Part shown: piece after piece, positions 22,685 to 30,755 of the stretch
Layout of the letters: the number at the start of each line of letters is the position of its first letter
How positions within the stretch are numbered: the stretch's first letter is position 1
NCBI GenBank assembly: GCA_002269645.1
Contig: NIVC01000004.1
Coordinates: 62,001-126,000, forward strand
DNA: 64,000 nt
Source: Macrostomum lignano
Taxonomy: Eukaryota
Reading direction: 5' to 3'
The notes under the pieces: model-generated
Database searches by the model: none
Seen by the model: the letters and a program-made list of their open reading frames with translations, nothing else
Told to the model about the DNA's origin: nothing
Program-made: the position numbers and the translations under genes

Positions 22685-23419
22685 TCAGTCGAAGGGCGAC
22701 ACACACTCGCAGAGGCCGAAGCTGGCCGACGTCAGATCCGTCAGGCCGCCACTTCCGGACACGGCGGCGAGCTTGTCCTGCCCGCCTTTGTCATTTGGCT
22801 CACCGGAATGCCACAAATCGGCGTCCACGGTGATGTTGCAGCCGACCCAGTACCAGCCGCCATCAGGCTCCGCGCTGCCGGGTGGCTGTAGGCCTCCCAG
22901 CCACAGAGAGTTGCCATCACGAAGCGACTCCACGTGGCTCATCTCTGAGCTGCTCGTCACGTCCGCCATGATCACAAGACCGCTCTCCGACTCGCACTTC
23001 TGTCGGCTCGTCTCCCACAGTTTGTCAGCGCTGTCGTAGACCTTGTACTTGACTCCACAGAAGTCATCTCCGTATCCGGGCGGACACAGCAGTCCCGCCG
23101 GCAGTCCCGGCTGCTGCCTCACGAACACCCGGCCTCGTCTCGAGCAGCCGCAGTCCCTCACAGACTTGCTGCACTTGTTGAACTCGAACAGCTGGCACGG
23201 ACCGTCGGACAGGCTGAAGGCCTGGCACTGCGGCCTCAGGCGGCACAGGAGGGCGCACTGCAGCTCCGAAGCGACTCCAGCGAAGGTTCGGACAAAGTCG
23301 CTGTTGATGCACAGGGAGCCGTCGATGGGAGAGAACTTGGTGCTGCACTGCGAGGCCTCATCCGCTGCTATTGAAGTTGCCAGACCTGCAGCCAGGCACA
23401 GCAACAGCAGGGAACTCAT
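22685..23419 (-). CDS. Secreted PAN/Apple + C-type lectin domain protein, copy 5 (244 aa)
   Basis: Signal peptide MSSLLLLCLAAGLATSIAA; EPN motif; intact ORF. Confidence 0.88.
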   Translation of the reverse strand: MSSLLLLCLAAGLATSIAADEASQCSTKFSPIDGSLCINSDFVRTFAGVASELQCALLCRLRPQCQAFSLSDGPCQLFEFNKCSKSVRDCGCSRRGRVFVRQQPGLPAGLLCPPGYGDDFCGVKYKVYDSADKLWETSRQKCESESGLVIMADVTSSSEMSHVESLRDGNSLWLGGLQPPGSAEPDGGWYWVGCNITVDADLWHSGEPNDKGGQDKLAAVSGSGGLTDLTSASFGLCECVSPFD

Positions 23420-23530
23420 GGCAGAGCAGAGGCTGGCTGTCTGCTTCCCTGACTGTTTTGGCCGAAGAGCGCTTTGTTTCCTTCCTTTATCCCTAACAGG
23501 GTTCTCCTTTCCAGCTGCTGTTGTTTCCTA

Positions 23531-23544
23531 GTTGCCATAGCAAC
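23531..23544. promoter_or_regulatory. RFX X-box upstream of lectin copy 5
   Basis: GTTGCCATAGCAAC, 112 bp upstream of the ATG. Confidence 0.6.
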
Positions 23545-24450
23545 GGTTAGGGAGTCTCGCGCGGCTTGTGGCTTAATTTGATTGCGAGGCGCAGTCTGGA
23601 TTGACAGCTTCGCGACCTCATAGGGGCTTAGCTGAACTCGCACTGGAGTGCCTCTGCACATCAAGCTCTGCATTCAGTCGTCAAGCTGCTGCCAAACGTC
23701 ATTTCATTGTTGCAATGAACTCACCCCATCGAACACGGCCCTGTCAACTACTGATAGTTTGGCCTCTGCTCAGCCACTCATTCTGAATATCTGGCCTCGT
23801 TCAAAGCTTTTCGTCTAGGCCAGGGTCAACATCTGAGGTTGCAAACTGACATTTTAGAAGCGTACCCGGCACCCCAGAGGAGATGTCTCACTGTGTAATC
23901 TCAAGTCTCTCAACAAATGCCCTGATCTCAAAATGTCACCAGCTGTAAGAACAATAAAAAATACAACTACCACCACAACAACAAAAGCAAAAACATAAAC
24001 TACTACATCAAAAACATCAACAACTGCATGCTGCCCATCCTCGGCAGCTTGTCTAGTAGACTCGGTCTGAGAACACACGCACTGCAACATCATCGACGAC
24101 ACGATAAGAAATTAAAAAACGACATCAATAAAAGCAATAAGAAACGCCAGCAGGAAGTACAACGAAACTCTGAGCTCTGCCTGCCCCCTGCTATTACGGT
24201 GCCTGCAGCTCCTTCTAGGGCGGAAGGCGGTGGGCAGTACGACTCGGCGTTGATGATGAGGCCTGCCAGCTGGAGTCCCCAACCGTGCGATGACAACTCA
24301 CTCGGTCACGGCGCACACGAACTTCTTCAACCACAATTAGGCCATTGCTGAGGCAATGAAATTCTTGTGGCAAACTCGTTAGCAGAGAGTTATAGTTGAT
24401 GTAGCTTGAGCCACTTGGATTCCCACTTTTATATTAGTTTTATAATGTAA

Positions 24451-24753
24451 GCCTCGTACGGCTTGTAGCCAAGTGGTTTCGAGCGTCGGACTCACGACTT
24501 GAAGGTGGGGGGTTCGATTCCCGGTCCCACTGGAACAATTTGTGTCCTTGATCAAGACACTTAACTCTGCATTGCTTCAGTTCACCCAGCTGTAAAGTGG
24601 GCACCAGCATTAGCTGAGGTAATTGAGGGTGTGTGTGGCGACCCCCCAGTCCTTGGACTGAACAGCCGTACGCAGCCTTCAGATGCGCTGCGCAATGGCT
24701 GCGGCTGAGCTGTCGTTGCACATCTACTGCCCATTGGGGGCATGTGTAATCAA
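24451..24753 (+). mobile_element. tRNA-derived SINE
   Basis: Pol III A box TAGCCAAGTGG (24466) and B box GGTTCGATTCC (24511); body GTGTCCTTGATCAAGACACTTAAC..TCAGTTCACCCAGCTGTAAA; imperfect 11-bp TSD TTATA(A/T)TGTAA at 24440 and 24754; second copy at 38.9 kb. Confidence 0.85.
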
Positions 24754-25330
24754 TTATATTGTAAACTGTGCGTACGAATTATTTATGATGCATTCACGCA
24801 TGGAGTGCTTCTCTGTAGTGTGTCTTCACCCACCAGCTGAGTCCGCTCAGTTTGATTGGGTAAACTGCTGTGTCAGCAGAGACTCCTGCCAAGGGCGGAG
24901 GTTTTAGAAAGTTTTCCTGCACTGCTGTCAGGCGTGCGGGCTGTCAAAAACTCTTGAACTCAGACATCAAATCGTAGGCTGCCTTAACATCTGAAGTCAA
25001 ATTAATCAGTAACCGCTTTGAGTAGTATGAAAAGCAAATTCTCAAGAAAGAATTTAACATAAAAAACTAGTTTGCAGATTTGCAAAAATGTCTGCTTTTG
25101 ATTTCGCTGCTCAAATAGTTTATGAATGCGTTTTTCGGGGCCAAGCAGTCACTGGGGCACCCAGTTGTCACATGGGGAATTTTATTCTGTCTACTTCAAC
25201 TCGCATCGGCTTTTTTCAAGTTGTGCAGCTGCATCTGAAAATTTTACTGCGCGTTTCTCAGCAGCAGGATGAGAGCCAAACGTTCTTAAAACTTTTGCTT
25301 ACTTGCGTTGATCTTCTTCAAAGAGGAATT

Positions 25331-26059
25331 TCAGTTGAATGGCGACGCGCACTCGCAGAGGCCGAAGCTGGCCGATGTCAGATCCGTAAGGCCGTCCCTG
25401 CCGTTCATAGCGGCGAGTTTGTCCTGTCCACCTTTGTCATTTGGCTCATTGGGATGCCACAGGCTGCTGTCCATGGAGATGTTGCAGCTCAGCCAGTGCC
25501 AGCCACCGCTGGGTTCGATGCTACCTGGAGCTTGGAAGCCTCCGAGCCACATGGGACTTGAGCCTGTGTGCAGTGACCGGATCTGATTCACTTGGGCCAA
25601 CTCCTCCGTGCTCGTCACGTCCGCCATGATCACCAGACCGCTCTCCGACTCGCATGTCGATTTTATGTCGTCCCACGAGCCGCTGACCACCTTGTACTTG
25701 ACTCCACACAAGTCGTCTCCGTATCCGGGCGGACACAGCAGTCCCGCCGGCAGTCCCGGCTGCTGCCTCACGAACACCCGGCCTCGTCTCGAGCAGCCGC
25801 AGTCCCTCACAGACTTGCTGCACTTGTTGAACTCGAACAGCTGGCACGGACCGTCGGACAGGCTGAAGGCCTGGCACTGCGGCCTCAGGCGGCACAGAAT
25901 GGCGCACTGCAGCTCCGAAGCGGCTCCAGCAAAGGTTCGGACGAAGTCGCTATTGATGCACAGGGAGCCGTCAATCGGAGAGAACTTGGTGCTGCACTGC
26001 GAAGCGGCAGCAAGTTTCAAAAACAACGCAGTCGCTTGCAGCAAAAGCAGCGAGTGCAT
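25331..26059 (-). CDS. Secreted PAN/Apple + C-type lectin domain protein, copy 6 (242 aa)
   Basis: Leader nearly identical to copy 4, CTLD nearly identical to copy 2; EPN motif; intact ORF. Confidence 0.88.
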   Translation of the reverse strand: MHSLLLLQATALFLKLAAASQCSTKFSPIDGSLCINSDFVRTFAGAASELQCAILCRLRPQCQAFSLSDGPCQLFEFNKCSKSVRDCGCSRRGRVFVRQQPGLPAGLLCPPGYGDDLCGVKYKVVSGSWDDIKSTCESESGLVIMADVTSTEELAQVNQIRSLHTGSSPMWLGGFQAPGSIEPSGGWHWLSCNISMDSSLWHPNEPNDKGGQDKLAAMNGRDGLTDLTSASFGLCECASPFN

Positions 26060-27189
26060 CGCGATGCTGTCTGTCGCTCTGGAATAAGCTCTGCCTAGCT
26101 TGGAGCTCTGAGCTCCGAGTCCGCTTTATCTGCTGCTTTCTAAATTTCTTAGTATTTGCTACTGGGTCAGCATCCAGCTGTTTTTACAGCCTCAGCTGCC
26201 AGGGGCAGAGTTTCTTCCTAATGTAAAATGCAGTCGCTTTTTCGCTCGTGCTGCTGCATCAATTTCTGTTCATCGTCCGTTGATTTTTTTTTAAATGCGA
26301 GACAACAGATGCGAATTCGATGTTTGGCCAGCAGCAGTCTTGGCAAGTGTAACCTCTCAGATGCTAGTATTTGCCTTCACGAAAATTCTGAGCCTAACTT
26401 TTGCATTGAGGTGCAAAGCAAACAAGCAAAGCCAGGAAGCAGTGATGCTAAAAAGCATTGGCTAACACCTGTCTGTCTCATCTGCTGAACAAAGATAGAT
26501 GAGATGAGCTGACTGTGCTGTCACCATTCAGTCATTTTCAGTAGTTCTCACCGATTTACAGGCCCGTTAGTGTGGACAGTGGGCAGATCAAGGTGGGTGA
26601 TGAAGACTGGTGAAATCTGCCAATATTGACTGGCTGCAGTGACGGCAAAGGCAGAAGGACGCTTTGCTGGCAAATTGGGTTCATCGGAGGCTGGTTTTTG
26701 TTTCAAAATGCACTATTGACTTTATCAAGTTTGAAAAGTCTTTTGAAGTAGTAGATTGAAGACCTGAAAATCAAAAAATACAGGTTGTGTTCTCTAAACG
26801 GTTTTTGCACGGATTTCGGATCTCGTTGTGTGCACCCTGGCGCACTTTGAGCGACATTGTCACACAACTGGCGAGAGGCATTACTGCCCATTCCGCCGAC
26901 TCCCCTGAGCAGGCACACAAGCGTGCGGATACGTACGCAGTCATTCGCACAGGCACACACTCACACAGGAGTGTACAGCAGCGGCCCAAAATTTTTTTCA
27001 TCGGTAGGCATGTACGCTTCACTGTGCCTGGGGGGGGGGGGTTGGCCCTCAAGGGTGTTAATTGCATGAGCAGAGCCAAGCCAGGATTCCAAGTTGGCCC
27101 CAAATCAATGTGACTGCACTTGGAATCTAGCCTGAGCCCGCTGACACATCCGCTCGCAATAGTGCCGCGCTAGACCACTAAGCTACGGC

Positions 27190-27371
27190 CAAGGAGTTCT
27201 ATAATTAGCAACCTGGAGTGGAAACGAGTTTTTCAGTTTTACCTCACGAGGCCAGACTAGCATAGACACAGTCAGACAGAGCCATAGACATTCAGTGCTG
27301 TCTCCTTATTCTTTACTATTGGCGTGGCCTCATGAGGTAAAACTCGTTTCCGCTAATTGTAGAACTCCTTG
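27190..27371. mobile_element. 182-bp MITE with CAAGG...CCTTG termini and 7-bp TSD (P-element-like)
   Basis: Long imperfect TIRs CAAGGAGTTCTA(T/C)AATTAGC..GGAAACGAGTTT..TACCTCA(C/T)GAGGCCA; CTACGGC duplicated at 27183-27189 and 27372-27378. Confidence 0.85.
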
Positions 27372-28407
27372 CTACGGCCGTCCACGTTTTTACCAGAGAC
27401 AAAACTCGGTCCACGGATAGCTGAAGCCGGACGCTTCAATCGTTTTTCTTAGAAACGAACCGGAGTCCGGAAAGGACCGCATATTCATCGTATCACGAAT
27501 GCATTTGGCGGACTTAAAACTGTCTTGATATCAGTCAATCAGTCAATCAACCTTGGAAAGAAGATTTCTTGCTTCAAAGCAAATTTGAATTTAAAAAGTT
27601 AAGATATAATAATATTTGCTTCACAGGCGCTATTAGTAGCATGACAAGTATTATATCGTGTAGTTACCAATAATTTTTTTGTTGCAGAAAGTGTTACGAA
27701 CTCGCAGCATCTCGATCGCGAACTCTCATTTGTGAGCGAATTAGATGCGGAGCCTCATCCGGGCCGCCATGCCTGGCCCAGCTCCCGACTGAGCCGAGTT
27801 TTCTTCGAACTCCGAGCAAGTTGCAAATCCCCTCGCTTTGATGCAGCGCAGATTGCGCCTGTGCAGCGTTGAGGCTCCGGTCGTCTTAGGGGAAAAATTG
27901 GGGATCTTTCTGGGAAACTGAGCGTGCGGCTCTGCGGCCCCGAGCGATGCGCCTCATTTGCCGCACCGCTGCACCCGCCGCAGCTCTCGCCCGGCTCAGT
28001 TCCCTCCCTAATCGGGTATTGCTGCTGCTATAACAGTGCAATATTTCACCGAGCGTGGCCTACCAGCTTATTCGGCCAGACTTTGCTCGCACTGAAGTAG
28101 AAGGACGCTTGAGAACTCGAACATAGTGCAAATTTTGCTTCAGGCAGGCTTTCTACAAAGAATGCCGAGCATAGGATATTGTAGAATGCCAACTGAAGCC
28201 AACAGTACAGCTTCCAGGCATTTATTACTTCTTTACCATAGACAGTAGTCTGCTTGCTTAGTATAGAATATACGCTCGTAGAAAATAAATATTGCACTGT
28301 TATGGAGAAATGGAAGAGCTGGGAGATCTCAGGAAGGAGAACATGGTGGTGAGGTTTCTCAGGGCGGCCCATCCGCAGTGGATCGCCTGAAGGGGACCTG
28401 TCCAAGG

Positions 28408-28408
<1 letters not shown>

Positions 28409-28453
<45 letters not shown>

Positions 28454-28862
28454 CAACAACAACAACAATGCGCTGCCCCGCATGCAAGGTCACAGCTAGA
28501 GCAGGGTGCGTCAGATGGCACGCCGCAGGGCCTGAGAGCTCCGCCCCGTTGGCAGTGTCGGGCGCCCCTGTGTCGCATAGGAGACAGTCCACGTATCGAC
28601 GGGTTTGAGCTGGACTCCGCCTGCAAGATGAGCAGCAGGACGTCCTGAACAGGTTGGGGGCAGTAGCCTTCGGCCCGGATCACGTGACCCGCCAGTTGAA
28701 GTCGCCGCCGGCGCAGGATGATGGACGGGCGCTGCAGCTTGGCCCGATCGTACAGAGCCTCGGTCCCGACGCTTTCGTCACCTCGAAAGGCCGCACGGAG
28801 CAGCCCTGAGTGCGCCGAATCCAGCTGCCGCTCCAGCGTAGCCGTCAGCGTCCGCGTCTAAG
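28409..28862 (-). mobile_element. 3' fragment of an RTE-like non-LTR retrotransposon with microsatellite tail
   Basis: Minus frame TLTATLERQLDSAHSGLLRAAF..LYDRAKLQRPSIILRRRRLQLAGHVIRAE..PVQDVLLL; (TTG)n(TG)n tail at 28409-28468. Confidence 0.7.
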
Positions 28863-29391
28863 ACGCCCTGCACAGACAAACCATGGGAAGCCATAGACAA
28901 CAGAAATCATTTGGGTTTTAACTGTCAGCAATTTCGGCCACAGCTGGAAGGCATGGCTAAAGTACAGAACGGCGCGCTAGAGAGGACCATGCACTAAAAT
29001 CAGTCTGGTGGACAGAGGGGACAGTGAATGCATGCGTGGCGTCTCTTACCACAGACAAACGCCCGCAGCTACCATGGCAGATGAAGAAATAATTAATATT
29101 ATAATAATTTGATAGCACAAAACTACGGAGGTAGAAAAAGAAGGACAACTGCTATCTGCCAGCCATGGATGAAAAATTCTGCCAGCGCAGCTGTGGAAAT
29201 TTGTCTATGGTAGAAGTCCATCAGCGCGTGATGCCTTTTCGACTCAGTGAGCAATCCAGTTACATTCTTTCATTCATGATACGTGGCTGACTTGGAGCTG
29301 GATGTTCGTGAAAGAATCCAAATTTATTCCAAAAACCTAATTGCCTGGTGTTATCAGCACTTAGTTTACGGTGAATTTGGGGTGCTTTTAT

Positions 29392-29725
29392 AAACCCGAA
29401 ATTTCATAAACCCTAAATTTCACAGTTTCGAAACGGGGAACTTCATAAATCTGAAATTTTAAAATGCCGAAACTTCTCAACCTCGAAATTTCACAAACCC
29501 GAAATTTCACAAACCCGAAATTTCACAAACTCGAAATTTTACAATTTCGAAATACACTGGAGAGAAAGGAGACTTCACAAACCCAAAATTTGACAAATTA
29601 TGAAATTTCGGGCTTGTGAAATGGCTTGCTAAGGTTTTTGATGTTGTAAAATTTCGGCGCGTGAAATTTCGGGTTAATGAAATTTCGAGGTTGTGAAATT
29701 TCGGTGTTGTGAAATTCGAGCCTAT
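29392..29725. repeat. Foldback-like inverted array of degenerate 16-bp units (CCCGAAATTTCACAAA)
   Basis: Units face forward to about 29600 and reverse (TGTGAAATTTCGG) afterwards. Confidence 0.8.
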
Positions 29726-30755
29726 GAAAGACATTGTCTTTTGACATTGTGAAAATTCCGGTTTGTGAAGCGACCGCGTGACTCTGAACTCTGCGACGCA
29801 CCAAACAGGAAGCCGAAAGGTTGGTACAGTTTCATGTAAATTACCGTTTGCAATAAAACTGTGAAGCTAAACCTGCTTCCTGCATTGCATTTTTGCCGGC
29901 AGACTGCTGTCTATGGAATACGAGCTAGTTTCAATTAGTCCTGAATAATCCAGCTTTTGCCGCTCATTTGGGCTCACACGCAATCCAAGATATGTTTGCC
30001 AAACTAAAAAACTTGCTCTGTAGTTTCACCCCCAGATTTTTAATCAGACATGACTGTCGCACTTTTCAAGATGAACTTTCTCGTTTGTCTGCTACAGTTT
30101 GCTGATCAGCTGATCCGAAGTCTTGAGCTTGAAGTTTTGTCTGAACTTCAGAAATCTGCAAGGCTGGATATTGTCAATTTAGTGCTAAAGGCTGTAGAAG
30201 CTTACAGCCTTAGCAGTCATGTATTCAAAATGTCTGACTCTCCCATCGATCGAAAAGAACAAAGACTCAACTGTATTGAGTTCTATAAAGAGTATGGTTG
30301 TATTTAGACAGGTAGTAATTAGCATTCCGTGCCTAGTCAGGAAGCGGACAGAGGGTCAGCAAAGATGGCTAGCAGTTCACTTTGAGAGGAAAATTGTCTT
30401 ACATTGAATAGTGCATAGTCGAGTCAAGCAGAACACGGCTCCGGGACAAATTCGGCAGTTGTGAAGAGAAGCGACAAGGGGTTGCAAAAACTGACAAATA
30501 AAACTGACGAAGCGGGTGCAGCGGCTCCGCCTCGGCTCAACTGATAAAAAGTCGACAGAGCTCTTTTAAAGCAGCAGAAAGCGGCGATTAGCAACAGGTT
30601 GAGGCAGCCGGGGTGGCCGCATGTTGCATGTTGAAGGCAACATTGTGCTAGAAAACTGCAATGAAGTAATCGGAACCGCCTTTAATGGGAAAGTGCTGAG
30701 TAAACAGTTGAAGGAGTCAGTCATTTAGCGCAGTGAGATGCGTGAGCAGCTCAGA

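Noticed and set aside
23860-24100. Thr-rich mucin-like plus-strand frame (NTTTTTTTKAKT*TTTSKTSTTACC)
   Set aside because: Interrupted by stops, no start or splice support; probably low-complexity (ACA)n sequence
24460-24530. tRNA gene
   Set aside because: A and B boxes are present but I cannot fold a clean acceptor stem or cloverleaf, and it continues into a repeated body with tail and TSD, so it is a SINE head
30050-30407. Short ORFs downstream of the iGluR, and unassigned ORFs at 7052-7324, 21082-21465 and 58641-59193
   Set aside because: No motif I can recognise; may be TE relics but unsupported without a database search
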